From an uncultured Actinomycetes bacterium (GTDB lineage: Bacteria > Actinomycetota > Actinomycetes > Nanopelagicales > Nanopelagicaceae): DNA of 55,894 nucleotides. The position numbers were made by a program, and so were the translations under genes. The notes beneath the pieces are model-generated. The model was not told the origin of the DNA and did no database searches. It saw only the letters and a program-made list of their open reading frames with translations. Shown piece after piece: positions 1-11,273 of the stretch (positions are counted from its first letter, which is position 1; the number at the start of each line of letters is the position of its first letter). The stretch lies in NCBI GenBank assembly GCA_903892335.1, contig CAITID010000078.1:1-55894 (forward strand), given 5' to 3'.

Positions 1-665
1 ACTACTGCAGTCTTACCAACACCTGGCTCACCAATTAATACTGGATTATTTTTTGTGCGACGAGAGAGCACCTGCATTACGCGCTCAATCTCTTTCTCGC
101 GACCAATTACTGGATCTAACTTTCCTTCACGTGCTGCTTGTGTCAGATTGCGACCAAATTGATCAAGAATTAATGAAGTAGATGCTTGTCCTTCAGCTGG
201 TCCACCAGCTGCAACCGCCTCTTTGCCTTGGTAGCCAGAGAGTAATTGAATAACTTGTTGGCGAACACGAGATAGATCTGCGCCAAGTTTTACTAATACT
301 TGAGCAGCTACTCCTTCACCTTCACGAATTAAACCTAAAAGAATATGTTCGGTGCCAATGTAATTATGGCCTAGTTGTAGTGCTTCACGAAGTGATAGCT
401 CAAGAACTTTTTTAGCACGAGGTGTAAATGGAATATGACCTGATGGTGCTTGTTGTCCTTGACCAATAATCTCTTCAACTTGTGCACGTACTGCTTCAAG
501 TGAAATACCAAGTGATTCCAAACCTTTAGCGGCAACGCCTTCGCCTTCATGAATTAAACCAAGAAGAATGTGTTCAGTTCCGATGTAATTGTGGTTGAGC
601 ATGCGTGCTTCTTCTTGCGCTAATACAACAACGCGACGAGCACGATCGGTAAACCGTTCAAACAT
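1..665 (-). CDS. clpC: ATP-dependent Clp protease ATP-binding subunit ClpC (N-terminal part; runs off the window)
   Basis: Manual translation from ATG at 665 gives [32 protein letters not shown]..., with two Clp-N repeats, [13 protein letters not shown] and [15 protein letters not shown] (Walker A). Confidence 0.96.
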   Translation of the reverse strand, partial: MFERFTDRARRVVVLAQEEARMLNHNYIGTEHILLGLIHEGEGVAAKGLESLGISLEAVRAQVEEIIGQGQQAPSGHIPFTPRAKKVLELSLREALQLGHNYIGTEHILLGLIREGEGVAAQVLVKLGADLSRVRQQVIQLLSGYQGKEAVAAGGPAEGQASTSLILDQFGRNLTQAAREGKLDPVIGREKEIERVMQVLSRRTKNNPVLIGEPGVGKTAV

Positions 666-819
666 CGAATCAACCTTCCTATTGCAGTTACTACGCTGCT
701 AACTAGTAGTAAGCCTATAACTTGAGTCCGACCTAACGCACATCAGTTTTGGCTCCGCTAGATATAGAGCGGATTTGGAAGGTATAACCCCAAATAGTGG
801 GGGTTTATGCCCGAAATAC

Positions 820-1317
820 TTAGAGAATCTTGAGCATCCGGGTATTGCCCAAGGTGTTGGGCTTAGCTGACTCTAAATCTAAGAACTCGGCGACGCCGGC
901 ATCAAATGAGCGGATCATCTGTTGATAAACCTCAGGTGTCACAGGTGTTCCTTGAATCTCTTCAAAGCCATGTGCGCCAAAAAACTTTGTTTCAAAGGTT
1001 AAACAAAAAACCTTCTTAACCCCAATCTCTTTTGCATTCTTAAGTACTTGATCCAAGATTTTATGACCAACTCCCTGGCCATGCATCGATTCAATTACAG
1101 CAACAGTTCGCACCTCAGCTAGATCCTCCCAAAGCACATGTAGGGCGCCACAACCAACTACTTCGCCATCTACTTCAGCCACAACAAACTCTTGCACCGC
1201 TTCAAATAAGGTAACTGTCTCTTTTGAAAGTAATCTGCGTTGATCTGAGTAAGCATCAACAATTTTACGGATCTTCTTTACATCACCAGTTTTAGCAGAT
1301 CGGACAACTACCGACAT
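820..1317 (-). CDS. Amino-acid N-acetyltransferase (short GNAT ArgA-like)
   Basis: GCGALHVLWEDLAEVRTVAV, GQGVG acetyl-CoA motif, VFCLTFE and KPNTLGNTRM are typical of the actinobacterial family. The start overlaps the lysS stop. Confidence 0.85.
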   Translation of the reverse strand: MSVVVRSAKTGDVKKIRKIVDAYSDQRRLLSKETVTLFEAVQEFVVAEVDGEVVGCGALHVLWEDLAEVRTVAVIESMHGQGVGHKILDQVLKNAKEIGVKKVFCLTFETKFFGAHGFEEIQGTPVTPEVYQQMIRSFDAGVAEFLDLESAKPNTLGNTRMLKIL

Positions 1318-2813
1318 TACTCATCACCGGTAGATGGTTTAACAAGTGGAAATAAAATTGTTTCGCGAATGCCAAGACCAGTTAATGCCATCAACAAACG
1401 ATCAACACCCATTCCCATTCCACCCATTGGTGGCATGCCGTGCTCCATTGCGCGCAAGAAATCCTCATCTAATCCCATCGCCTCTAAATCACCTTTAGCG
1501 CCAAGCTTTGCTTGTTCAACTAAGCGATCACGTTGAATAACTGGATCTACCAACTCAGAGTAGCCAGTTGCTAATTCAAAGCCTTCAACATATAAATCCC
1601 ATTTTTCAGCAATGCCTGCAACATCACGGTGAGCACGAACAAGTGGTGAGGTATCAATTGGATAACCCTTAACAAAGATTGGCCCTTTTAACTTATCAAC
1701 AGCCACATGCTCAAATATCTCTTCTGCTAACTTTCCAGTTATCCACTTTGGATCAACCTTGATGCCAAGCTTTGTCGCAATCTTTTTTAAATCATCAAGT
1801 GTGCTTTGTGGTGTTACTTTTTCGCCAACACCATCTGAGATCGCATCAAATAAAGAGATCTCCGCCCACTTGCCGCCAAGATCTAATTCGCGGCCATCAT
1901 GATGCTTCACAACATGTGAACCAAATACCGCTTTTGCTGCATCTTGCACCAAGGTGCGAGTTAAATCTGCCATGGTGTTCCAATCACCGTAGGCCTCATA
2001 TGTTTCAATCATTGCAAACTCTGGTGAGTGGCTTGAATCTGCGCCCTCGTTGCGGAAATTTCGGTTAATTTCAAATACCTTTTCTAGGCCGCCAACTACA
2101 CATCTTTTTAAAAACAATTCAGGTGCGATTCGTAGAAATAGATCCATGTCATATGCGTTGCTAAAAGTTTTAAATGGCCGAGCCGCTGCGCCGCCATGCA
2201 TAACCTGCAACATCGGTGTTTCCACCTCAATAAATTCACGGCTGTTAAATGTCTCTCGAAGTGAGCGCATCACAGTTGGGCGCATCCGTGCATTTGATCT
2301 CGCCTCTGGTCGAACAATTAAATCAACGTAGCGCATGCGAACACGAGTTTCTTCAGATAAAGGCTTGTGATCTACTGGAAGTGGGCGAAGTGCTTTTGCT
2401 GCTAATTCAAAAGAGTTAGCCAAAATTGATAACTCACCGCGCTTTGATGTGATTACCTCACCGGTTACTGAAACTAAATCACCAAGATCAATCTCAGCTT
2501 TCCAGATCTCAAGTTGCGCCTCACCAATTTTGTCTAGAGAAAACATTGCTTGTAATTCAGTGCCATCGCCCTCGCGTAAATTGGCAAAACATAATTTGCC
2601 AGTATCTCGTTTAAAAATTACGCGACCAGTAATTGATTCAATCTTTCCGGTTGCAACATCAATTGCTAAATCTTTATAAGTATCTCGAAGATTCTTTAAG
2701 GAGGTAGTTCGTGCTACTGATACTGGATACGCCTGGCCACCACGACTTAAAATTGCCTCGCGCTTTTGGCGGCGAATTCGCAGTTGTTCGGGTAGATCAT
2801 CCTCATCAGCCAT
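1317..2813 (-). CDS. lysS: Lysine--tRNA ligase (class II)
   Basis: OB-fold N-terminus, then FIEVETP, LRIAPEL, FRNEG and GMGVDRL class II motifs. Confidence 0.98.
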   Translation of the reverse strand: MADEDDLPEQLRIRRQKREAILSRGGQAYPVSVARTTSLKNLRDTYKDLAIDVATGKIESITGRVIFKRDTGKLCFANLREGDGTELQAMFSLDKIGEAQLEIWKAEIDLGDLVSVTGEVITSKRGELSILANSFELAAKALRPLPVDHKPLSEETRVRMRYVDLIVRPEARSNARMRPTVMRSLRETFNSREFIEVETPMLQVMHGGAAARPFKTFSNAYDMDLFLRIAPELFLKRCVVGGLEKVFEINRNFRNEGADSSHSPEFAMIETYEAYGDWNTMADLTRTLVQDAAKAVFGSHVVKHHDGRELDLGGKWAEISLFDAISDGVGEKVTPQSTLDDLKKIATKLGIKVDPKWITGKLAEEIFEHVAVDKLKGPIFVKGYPIDTSPLVRAHRDVAGIAEKWDLYVEGFELATGYSELVDPVIQRDRLVEQAKLGAKGDLEAMGLDEDFLRAMEHGMPPMGGMGMGVDRLLMALTGLGIRETILFPLVKPSTGDE

Positions 2814-2832
2814 AATGAGTTAAATCCTATCG

Positions 2833-3609
2833 TTAGCCGTTGCGCTCATGTACTAAGCGAAGGCCAATTAAAGTCAGATCTGGTTCATGAAACTCAATAC
2901 TCTCGCTAATTCCAAGTACTAATGGCGCTAAGCCACCAGTTGCAATTACCGATACATCTCCAGCACCTGGGTACTGCTCTTCAAGTTCATCAATTATGCG
3001 ATTTACTAAACCATCTACCTGACCCGCAAAACCATAAATAGTTCCTGATTGCAGCGCCTCTACCGTATTTTTACCAATCACATTTTTAGGTTTTACTAAC
3101 TCAACCTTGCGAAGTTGCGCAGCACGAGCTGCCAACGCTTCAACTGAAATTTCTATTCCAGGAGCGAGCGCACCACCCAGAAACTCACCTTTAGGTGAAA
3201 CCACATCAAGATTTGTTGAAGTTCCAAAATCAACCACAATCGCTGGTCCATCCTCGCCATATAAAGTTGCCGCAGCTAAGGTGTTAACAATTCGATCTGC
3301 GCCGATCTCTTTAGGATTATCAACTAATAATGGAACACCAGTTTTAGTGCCAGGTTCAATAATTGTTGTTCGAATATCACTGAAGTGGCGATTAATTAAG
3401 GTTCTAATCTCTCGAAGAACTGCTGGCACAGTTGAGCAAACTGCTAACCCAGTTAACTTATAGCCAGTAATTAACGCACTGTATTGCAGCCATAACTCAT
3501 CTGCAGTATCACGTGGATCTGTCTTAACCCGCCACGAGTTCTCTAACTTATCCTTGTTAAAAACTCCTAATACAGTGTTGGTATTGCCAACATCAATTGT
3601 TAATAACAT
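2833..3609 (-). CDS. coaX: Type III pantothenate kinase
   Basis: IDVGNTN, GADR and VDFGT motifs. Confidence 0.95.
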   Translation of the reverse strand: MLLTIDVGNTNTVLGVFNKDKLENSWRVKTDPRDTADELWLQYSALITGYKLTGLAVCSTVPAVLREIRTLINRHFSDIRTTIIEPGTKTGVPLLVDNPKEIGADRIVNTLAAATLYGEDGPAIVVDFGTSTNLDVVSPKGEFLGGALAPGIEISVEALAARAAQLRKVELVKPKNVIGKNTVEALQSGTIYGFAGQVDGLVNRIIDELEEQYPGAGDVSVIATGGLAPLVLGISESIEFHEPDLTLIGLRLVHERNG

Positions 3610-4481
3610 TACTTTCCCTTCCTAAAATCAAGTGCGATATCAAGTGCTGGAGCAGAGTGCGTTAGCGCACCAATTGCTAAGTAATCAACACCGGTCTCGG
3701 CATAGGCTTTGGCATTTTCTAAAGTGATGCCACCAGATGCCTCTAACTTACATTTACCAGCAACTTGAGCAACCGCCTCTCGGCACAGCTGCGGACTCAT
3801 GTTGTCTAGTAAAACTAATTGCGTACCTGCTGCTAGTGCCTGTGTTAATTGCTCAAGTGAATCAACCTCTACTTCAATTGGCTTGCCCGGAAACTTTTCT
3901 TTAAGTGCTTTAAATGCCGGGGCGATGCCTCCACTTGCAATTATGTGATTATCTTTAATTAATCCTTCCGCCGATAAAGAAAGCCTGTGATTTGTTGCCC
4001 CACCCATTCGAACTGCAAACTTTTCTAGAGAGCGAAGCCCAGGTGTAGTTTTTCTAGAATCTCTAATTACACATTTTGTGCCAGCTACCGCTTGCACCCA
4101 CTTGTTGGTAGTAGTTGATATACCACTTAGATGCGTTAAGTAATTAAGTGCGGTTCGCTCTGCTAATAACAACTTTCGGGTATTTCCCTGCGCAGTAATT
4201 AATACTTTACCGGCCGCAACCGTTGCACCTTCATCAACTAGCACCTCATAGTGATTGACTCCGCAGTATTCAAGAACTGCAGCTGCAACATGTAAACCAG
4301 AGACCACACCAGCCTGGCGCGCAACAAAATCAGCAGTTGAAACTTGTGATTCACTGATGGTTGCAACAGTGGTGATATCTTCACCGCCCATTAAATCTTC
4401 AGCAACTGCATCCTTAACCTGTTGAAAAATATGGTTGGGTGAGAGGCCAAGTGTTTTTATATTATCTCGCAGCATATTCAT
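3609..4481 (-). CDS. nadC: Nicotinate-nucleotide diphosphorylase (quinolinate phosphoribosyltransferase)
   Basis: SRKTTPG, IKDNH, EVEV, LLDN and EASGG motifs. Confidence 0.96.
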   Translation of the reverse strand: MNMLRDNIKTLGLSPNHIFQQVKDAVAEDLMGGEDITTVATISESQVSTADFVARQAGVVSGLHVAAAVLEYCGVNHYEVLVDEGATVAAGKVLITAQGNTRKLLLAERTALNYLTHLSGISTTTNKWVQAVAGTKCVIRDSRKTTPGLRSLEKFAVRMGGATNHRLSLSAEGLIKDNHIIASGGIAPAFKALKEKFPGKPIEVEVDSLEQLTQALAAGTQLVLLDNMSPQLCREAVAQVAGKCKLEASGGITLENAKAYAETGVDYLAIGALTHSAPALDIALDFRKGK

Positions 4482-6082
4482 TTAACCTGCTCCAGTCGCT
4501 TGTGCCAATTGCCATCTTCATCCACGCTCTCAATAACTCTACTTTCCCACTTATCTGAGATATTTGGGAAATCACTTCGCCAGTGCGAGCCTCTTGTTTC
4601 AGTTCGCTCCAGCGCTGATCTAACAATTGCAGTTGCTAATAAATGTAAGTTTGATGCCTCCCACGCTTCAATGCGCGGTTGATTACTTGTTAACTTAGAT
4701 AACTCTTGCAATGTTTGCATCGTCTTGCGTAATGATGATTCAGAGCGCATCACACCTGCGCCTTCACTCATAGCAATTTGCAGCGGTAGAACTATCTTTG
4801 GATCTAACAAAACTGTTTTTGTATCCTCAATTGGTTGCTCCTGCCCAGGTAGATCATTAGCGAGTGCATCAGCAATTCGAGCACCAAAGACAAGTCCTTC
4901 TAGTAATGAGTTAGATGCCAATCGATTAGCACCATGTGCGCCGGTGCAAGCAGATTCACCACAAATATAAAGCCCGGCAACGGATGATTTACCATTTAAA
5001 TCAACTCGCACGCCACCAGATGCGTAATGTGATGCTGGTGCTACTGGAATCTTTTCAACTGTTGGATCTATGCCATTTGCAATACAGGAGGTGTAAATTG
5101 TTGGAAAGCGTTTAGCAAAGTCTGTAATCTTTCTAGCATCTAGCCAAAGATGTGGTTGTCCACTAATTTGCATTTGATTAAAAATCTCTTTTGCAACAAC
5201 ATCACGAGGTGCTAAATCTGCTTGTGGGTGTTTGCCGGCCATAAACTGTTCATCTAGGTGGTTTAATAAAATTGCTCCTTCTCCGCGAACAGCTTCACTA
5301 ATTAATGGTTGTTGCCCACGATTAGCTAAATCTCGCCATAAAACAGTTGGATGAAATTGCACAAACTCAACATCTGCAACATCTGCTCCTGCCCGAAGTG
5401 CAAGAGCGACGCCATCACCAGTTGAAACCGCTGGGTTGGTAGTTTGCGAATAAACCTGGCCCAAACCACCAGCTGCAACCACAACTGCGCGAGATAAAGC
5501 CCGACCAACGCCATCTAAACTTCCTTTGCCAATCACGTGCAATGTCACACCACATACGCGCCCGGAAGCACTCTTCAATGCGTCAATTGCAAGTGCGTGT
5601 TCAATTATTTCAATTCCAGGATCACCTTGAACTGCTGCTAATAAAGCTCGAGAAACTTCGGCGCCAGTTGCATCACCGCCAGCATGCAAAATTCGATTAC
5701 GCAGGTGACCGCCTTCGCGAGTAAGTGCAATCTCACCAGTTTCAGATTTATCAAATACGGCGCCGCGTGCGATTAATTTTCGCACCGCCTCTGGTCCTTC
5801 TGAAACTAAAACATCAACTGCAGCTAAATCACATAAGCCCGCACCAGCTGCCAACGTATCTTTTTTATGTTGATCTGGTGTATCACCAGGACCAAGAGCA
5901 GCTGCAATTCCACCTTGTGCCCACTTGGTTGAGCCTTCATCAATTCTGGCTTTAGTAACTAATAGGACGGATAAATTATGTGAGCGCAGATTTAATGCAG
6001 TAGTTAAACCTGCAACACCAGAGCCAATCACAATTACATCAGCTGTCGTTGTCCAACCCGGAGTGCCACTTAGTAACTTCAT
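4478..6082 (-). CDS. nadB: L-aspartate oxidase
   Basis: GSGVAG FAD motif, WAQGG, REGGH, QFHPT, SEAVRGEG and HGANRLASNSLLE; lies next to nadC. Confidence 0.96.
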   Translation of the reverse strand: MKLLSGTPGWTTTADVIVIGSGVAGLTTALNLRSHNLSVLLVTKARIDEGSTKWAQGGIAAALGPGDTPDQHKKDTLAAGAGLCDLAAVDVLVSEGPEAVRKLIARGAVFDKSETGEIALTREGGHLRNRILHAGGDATGAEVSRALLAAVQGDPGIEIIEHALAIDALKSASGRVCGVTLHVIGKGSLDGVGRALSRAVVVAAGGLGQVYSQTTNPAVSTGDGVALALRAGADVADVEFVQFHPTVLWRDLANRGQQPLISEAVRGEGAILLNHLDEQFMAGKHPQADLAPRDVVAKEIFNQMQISGQPHLWLDARKITDFAKRFPTIYTSCIANGIDPTVEKIPVAPASHYASGGVRVDLNGKSSVAGLYICGESACTGAHGANRLASNSLLEGLVFGARIADALANDLPGQEQPIEDTKTVLLDPKIVLPLQIAMSEGAGVMRSESSLRKTMQTLQELSKLTSNQPRIEAWEASNLHLLATAIVRSALERTETRGSHWRSDFPNISDKWESRVIESVDEDGNWHKRLEQVK

Positions 6083-6867
6083 GCGCCACTTCCCATGCTC
6101 TTATTGTCGAGCAAGCGCACCCCATTTACCCAACCGGCGATGATCACCCGTTTGTTTTGAGTATTGGCACTTACCGGGCCAAAAGTTTGCTCATCAATTT
6201 CAGCCAGATAATCCAATTTAAATCCTGGCTCTTGTGCCAGCACCTTGTGCATCTCTTGCAAATTAGATTCCTGCAGGGATTTAGAAATAATCAACGCCGC
6301 TTTGCGATCGGCTTCATTTAATCGAACATTTCTAGATGAGAGCGCCAGACCGTCGGGTTCGCGAATAATTGGCGCTGCGATAATCTCAATTGGTAGTTCT
6401 AACTCTTTGACCATCTTTTTAATTAGGAAAAGTTGCTGAAAATCCTTCTCGCCAAAGATTGCAAACTTTGGTTTTGTTAAATCAAATAACCGCTTAACAA
6501 CGGTGAGCACTCCAGCGAAGTGACCAGTGCGAGCTGCGCCCTCATATAGATCAGCAACTGCACCAGCTGATATCTTTTTAATCTCTGCTGGATAAATCAC
6601 CTCAACTGTTGGTGCAAATACCGCAGCTGCACCAGCAGCTTCTGCCAACTTTAGATCTGCCTCTAAGCTTCTTGGATACTTGGCTAAATCATCTTGATTT
6701 TCAAATTGAAGTGGATTAACAAAAATACTTACCAATACCGATTCACTTAAAGATTTGCCTAATTTGATTAAGGATTGATGGCCTGCGTGTAGTGCGCCCA
6801 TGGTTGGCACAAAAACTGGAAAATTTTGACGCGCCAAATCTTGCTCAGAATTAATTAGCTCAATCAT
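6079..6867 (-). CDS. panC: Pantoate--beta-alanine ligase
   Basis: PTMGALHAGH, FVNPLQF, FGEKDFQQ and ALSSRN motifs. Confidence 0.96.
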   Translation of the reverse strand: MIELINSEQDLARQNFPVFVPTMGALHAGHQSLIKLGKSLSESVLVSIFVNPLQFENQDDLAKYPRSLEADLKLAEAAGAAAVFAPTVEVIYPAEIKKISAGAVADLYEGAARTGHFAGVLTVVKRLFDLTKPKFAIFGEKDFQQLFLIKKMVKELELPIEIIAAPIIREPDGLALSSRNVRLNEADRKAALIISKSLQESNLQEMHKVLAQEPGFKLDYLAEIDEQTFGPVSANTQNKRVIIAGWVNGVRLLDNKSMGSGA

Positions 6868-6906
6868 GGCTCCAGTCCTTTCCGGGTACCGGGCTAGATC
6901 AGAAGT

Positions 6907-7362
6907 TTAACTGGCAGATTGGATACTTGCCAATAAAGATTTTATTGAACCTTTTCCAGGTATTTCACCCGTTGGATCAATAGCAAGCCATGGTTCTAAA
7001 ACAAACTCACGAGATGCAGCTAAGGGATGTGGCAGTTTTAGAAAAACCGTATCGATTACCTGTTCTCCTAGCAAAATTAGATCTAAATCAATTATGCGCG
7101 GGCCCCAGCGCACATCACGAACGCGACCCATCTGATCTTCAATTGCAAGCAACTCTTTTAACAATTGCTCTGGCGCTAGTGTTGATTGGGCAATAACAAC
7201 TGCATTTATAAAATCATCTTGCACTGGCCCACCAACTGGTTTGGTCTCAAAGTAGGGTGAAATGATTAATTCACCAAGTAACTCTTCTAACTTAGTAATT
7301 GCTATATCGAGATTTAATCTTCGGTTTTCAAGATTAGAACCAAGTGCGATTACCGCCTTCAT
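6907..7362 (-). CDS. folK: 2-amino-4-hydroxy-6-hydroxymethyldihydropteridine diphosphokinase
   Basis: ALGSN, WGPRIIDLD and LPHP motifs. Confidence 0.96.
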   Translation of the reverse strand: MKAVIALGSNLENRRLNLDIAITKLEELLGELIISPYFETKPVGGPVQDDFINAVVIAQSTLAPEQLLKELLAIEDQMGRVRDVRWGPRIIDLDLILLGEQVIDTVFLKLPHPLAASREFVLEPWLAIDPTGEIPGKGSIKSLLASIQSAS

Positions 7363-7715
7363 CGCTTGCGCTTTATCGTGACAATAACATCATCAAATTC
7401 AATTCCTAGCGGTGCTTGCGGCTTATGTATCTTTACTTTTACTTTCTCCACCAAGGCAAAATCTTTTAATACCTCTGTGGCAATTGCTTCTGCGATCGTC
7501 TCAATTAAATTAACTGGCTCTGCTTGAATATGTCTAACAACTAAAGTTGCTACATCTGCATAATTAACTGTTTTACTTAAATCATCCTTAACTTTTTCCA
7601 AACTTAAGGAGAGCTTTACATCAACTACAAATTTTTGTCCGCTAGCTCGCTCCTCGGTATAAACACCGTGAAAGCCGGTTGCAGTGATCCCGGTTATCTC
7701 AATTGCATCACTCAT
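7359..7715 (-). CDS. folB: Dihydroneopterin aldolase
   Basis: FHGVYTEE, GQKF, VNYA, LIE and KP motifs; inside the fol operon. Confidence 0.94.
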   Translation of the reverse strand: MSDAIEITGITATGFHGVYTEERASGQKFVVDVKLSLSLEKVKDDLSKTVNYADVATLVVRHIQAEPVNLIETIAEAIATEVLKDFALVEKVKVKIHKPQAPLGIEFDDVIVTIKRKR

Positions 7716-8509
7716 TTGCGAAGCCTATCGGCAACAGCAATTGCATCACGATGTGGTTTAACTGAATGAGTGCGCACACCCCAAACACTTAATCGCGCTA
7801 GCTCTGCCGTTAATGCGATGCTAGCCGCTTCTCGATCATCAGCATTTTTCGCATTTATTAGCTCACCTAAAAATCTTTTGCGAGATGCGCCAACTAATAT
7901 CGGATAACCAAGTAACTGAAATCTCTCGATGTTCTGCAGGATCACCCAATTATGTTCGGCCTCTTTAGCAAAGCCAATTCCTGGATCTAAAATAATTTGT
8001 TCTGCTTGGACTCCGGCTTTAATCAACTCACTTACTCGATCATCTAGCTCGTCTTTCACCTCTTTAACAACATCTTTATAGATAGCCTTGCTTTGCATAT
8101 CCTTTGACTCACCACGCCAGTGCATCACGATGTATTGCACCTTTGGATTTGTAGCAATTAATTGCGCCATCTTTTCATCAGCTAAGCCACCGCTAACATC
8201 ATTAACATAAGTAGCACCAGCCTTGATCGCCGCTTTGGCAACTTCAGCCCTTGTTGTGTCAACGCTAACTACTGCGCCATCTTTTACTAATTCAGTGATA
8301 ACTGGAATTACTCGCTTTAGCTCTTCCTCTGCACTCACGCGCTCTGCGCCAGGCCTAGTAGATTCACCGCCCACATCAATAATGTCTGCGCCTTCGGTAA
8401 TTAACTTGCGGCCCTGCATGATCGCAGCATCTAGCTCTAAGAATTTTCCACCATCTGCAAAGGAGTCTGGCGTAACATTTAATATGCCTAAAACTAAAGT
8501 GCGTTGCAT
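7712..8509 (-). CDS. folP: Dihydropteroate synthase
   Basis: NVTPDSF, GGESTRPG, DPGIGF and SRKRF motifs. Confidence 0.97.
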   Translation of the reverse strand: MQRTLVLGILNVTPDSFADGGKFLELDAAIMQGRKLITEGADIIDVGGESTRPGAERVSAEEELKRVIPVITELVKDGAVVSVDTTRAEVAKAAIKAGATYVNDVSGGLADEKMAQLIATNPKVQYIVMHWRGESKDMQSKAIYKDVVKEVKDELDDRVSELIKAGVQAEQIILDPGIGFAKEAEHNWVILQNIERFQLLGYPILVGASRKRFLGELINAKNADDREAASIALTAELARLSVWGVRTHSVKPHRDAIAVADRLRK

Positions 8510-8523
8510 CTATAACCTTTAAA

Positions 8524-9144
8524 TTACCTTGATTGATTAATTAAGGAAATTGCTTCAGCGCGAGTAGTTGGATTCATTAATTGACCACGCACTGCAGAGG
8601 TAGTAGTTCTGGCCTGTGATTTTCGAACACCGCGCATCGACATACAAAGGTGTTCACAATCAATAATTACGATCACACCTGCTGGCTGCAAAATTTCAAC
8701 TAACGCATCGGCTATCTGCGAAGTTAGACGCTCTTGCACCTGCGGGCGCCGCGCATATAAATCAACTAATCGAGCAAGCTTTGAAAGACCTGTGATTCGA
8801 CCACTCTCTCCTGGGATGTAGCCAATATGGGCAACACCATGAAATGGTGTTAAGTGATGCTCGCAGTGAGAGAAGACTTCAATTTCTCTAACAATTACTA
8901 ACTCCTGATGACCGATATCAAAGGTGGTAGTTAATACTTCACTTGGTTTTTGCCAAAGTCCAGCGAAGTTTTCTTTAAATGCTTTTGCAACTCGCTTTGG
9001 CGTATCTTTTAAACCATCACGATTTGGATCTTCACCAATTGCAATTAGTAATTCAGTTATCGCTTTTTCAGCACGCACCTGATCAAACTCATTCTTAGCA
9101 CCACCATCATGTGGTCCCATGGAAAGAGAGTTGATATCACTCAT
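8524..9144 (-). CDS. folE: GTP cyclohydrolase I
   Basis: CEHH, GLSKLAR, QVQERL and HLCMSMRG motifs. Confidence 0.97.
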   Translation of the reverse strand: MSDINSLSMGPHDGGAKNEFDQVRAEKAITELLIAIGEDPNRDGLKDTPKRVAKAFKENFAGLWQKPSEVLTTTFDIGHQELVIVREIEVFSHCEHHLTPFHGVAHIGYIPGESGRITGLSKLARLVDLYARRPQVQERLTSQIADALVEILQPAGVIVIIDCEHLCMSMRGVRKSQARTTTSAVRGQLMNPTTRAEAISLINQSR

Positions 9145-11224
9145 TAGTGGCAGGCTTTTTTGCAGCGGTTTTCTTAGCAGCCTTTTCTACAACTTTTTCT
9201 TCTGCCTTCTGAGCTGGCTTCTCTTTAATCTTTGCTGGCTTAAGTGCAACAGGTGGCACACTTGATGGCACACGCAGTTTGGAACCGGTCCATGGAGCGC
9301 GCTTCTTAACCTTTTTTACCTTTTTAAATACTTTTTCAATCTCTTCCTTATTTAAAGTCTCTTTTTCAAGCAGCTCATTAACGAGTTCATCTAATACCTC
9401 ACGGTTAGCAACTAAAACGTCAAAGGCTTCTTGGTGGGCATTTTCAATCATTAATCGAATCTCAGTATCAACAATTGCTGCCACATTTTCGGAGTAATCA
9501 CGTTGATGTCCATAATCGCGGCCTAAGAATGGCTGTGAATCTGCTATCCCTAATTTAATCGCACCTAATGTTTCTGTCATTCCATATTGAGTAACCATGG
9601 CGCGAGCTAAATTAGTTGCCTTCTCAATATCATTTGATGCACCAGTTGTTGGATCATGGAAAATTAACTCTTCAGCGGCGCGACCACCCATTGTGTATGC
9701 AAGTTGATCTAACATTTGATTGCGAGTTACGGCGTAACGATCTTCATCAGGTAAAACCATTGTGTAACCAAGGGCGCGACCGCGCGGCATGATTGTTACC
9801 TTATGTACTGGATCAGTATGTGGAAGTGCGTGTGCAACTAATGCGTGGCCACCTTCATGGTAGGCGGTAATTCTGCGCTCTTCCTCTGTCATTAATCTTG
9901 ATTGCTTTTGTGGGCCAGCCATTACGCGATCAATTGCTTCATCCAAATCAGAGTTACTAATAACTTTATTTCCTTCACGGGCAGCAAGTAAGGCAGCTTC
10001 ATTTAATACATTTGCTAAATCAGCTCCAGTAAATCCTGGGGTGCGCTTGGCGTAAGCAGGTAGATCAACATCTTTAGCGATTGGTTTATTTTTTGCATGC
10101 ACTGCCAAGATTGCAGCGCGGCCCTTTAGATCTGGCCGATCTACTGGAATCTGTCGATCAAATCTTCCAGGACGAAGTAGTGCGGGATCTAAAACATCTG
10201 GCCGGTTGGTAGCAGCAATTAAAATTACTGAACCATTTGCTTCAAAGCCATCCATCTCAACTAATAATTGATTTAGAGTTTGCTCGCGCTCATCATTTCC
10301 ACCACCAAGACCGGCGCCACGTTGGCGACCAACTGCATCGATCTCATCTACGAAGACAATTGCTGGTGCATTTGCCTTTGCTTGCACAAATAAATCACGA
10401 ACTCTGGATGCACCAACACCAACAAACATCTCAACAAACTCTGAGCCAGAAATTGAGTAAAAGGGAACCTTTGCCTCACCGGCAACTGCGCGAGCAAGTA
10501 ATGTCTTACCAGTTCCTGGTGGGCCATAAAGTAAAACGCCCTTTGGAATCTTTGCGCCAATAGCTTGGTACTTAGCCGGATCGGCTAGAAAATCTTTAAT
10601 CTCGCGCAGCTCTGCAACTGCTTCATCTGAACCAGCAACATCTGCAAAGGTATTTGTGGGAGTCTCTTTTGTTTTTAACTTGGCGCGTGAGCGACCAAAG
10701 GAGAAGACCTTGCCACCTTGACCGCCACCCATAAAGAGCAGAAGTAAAAAGATAATTAACAAAATTGGTAGCAAACTTAAAATCAATGAGACAAAGAAAG
10801 ATTGAGTTGGTACTTCAACATTCCAATCACCTGGTGGTGGGTTGCTAGTTAATAGCTCAATAATTAATTGTTCTTGGCCCACAACATATGAGGCCTCTAA
10901 GCGCTGGGCGCCATCTACAAACTGACCACTCTTTAAAACAACCTTAATTTTCTGATCACGATCAATTACGACTGCAGATTCAACCTTGTCCTGCGATAAC
11001 TCATTTAAAATTACAGATGTATCAACTACGGTGTAGTTATTTGTTCCAGTTGAGATCTGACCAAAGATACTTACGGCAACTAATGCAGCAACGATCCAAA
11101 ATAGTGGGCCTCGCAAAATGCGACGAAATGTTAGCGGTGCATTTTTTTTATTTGCGCCAGCGCTCTTGGCCTTACCAACTTTTTTAAAGTTTGGTAGTTT
11201 AAAACCGCTTTTCTTTTTTGCCAC
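9137..11224 (-). CDS. ftsH: ATP-dependent zinc metalloprotease FtsH
   Basis: Two TM segments, [24 protein letters not shown] and HEGGH zinc motif. Confidence 0.98.
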   Translation of the reverse strand: MAKKKSGFKLPNFKKVGKAKSAGANKKNAPLTFRRILRGPLFWIVAALVAVSIFGQISTGTNNYTVVDTSVILNELSQDKVESAVVIDRDQKIKVVLKSGQFVDGAQRLEASYVVGQEQLIIELLTSNPPPGDWNVEVPTQSFFVSLILSLLPILLIIFLLLLFMGGGQGGKVFSFGRSRAKLKTKETPTNTFADVAGSDEAVAELREIKDFLADPAKYQAIGAKIPKGVLLYGPPGTGKTLLARAVAGEAKVPFYSISGSEFVEMFVGVGASRVRDLFVQAKANAPAIVFVDEIDAVGRQRGAGLGGGNDEREQTLNQLLVEMDGFEANGSVILIAATNRPDVLDPALLRPGRFDRQIPVDRPDLKGRAAILAVHAKNKPIAKDVDLPAYAKRTPGFTGADLANVLNEAALLAAREGNKVISNSDLDEAIDRVMAGPQKQSRLMTEEERRITAYHEGGHALVAHALPHTDPVHKVTIMPRGRALGYTMVLPDEDRYAVTRNQMLDQLAYTMGGRAAEELIFHDPTTGASNDIEKATNLARAMVTQYGMTETLGAIKLGIADSQPFLGRDYGHQRDYSENVAAIVDTEIRLMIENAHQEAFDVLVANREVLDELVNELLEKETLNKEEIEKVFKKVKKVKKRAPWTGSKLRVPSSVPPVALKPAKIKEKPAQKAEEKVVEKAAKKTAAKKPATNE

Positions 11225-11273
11225 GAATTAAGCCACTCTCTTTACCGGATTGAAAACCTCTTACTTGCGAGGG

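Noticed and set aside
721-741. HAIR half-site CTTGAGT upstream of clpC
   Set aside because: The second arm after N7 reads AACGCAC, not ACTCAAG. A 7-bp half-site alone is not enough, and the nearby CGC...GCG repeat has the wrong spacing for a ClgR box.
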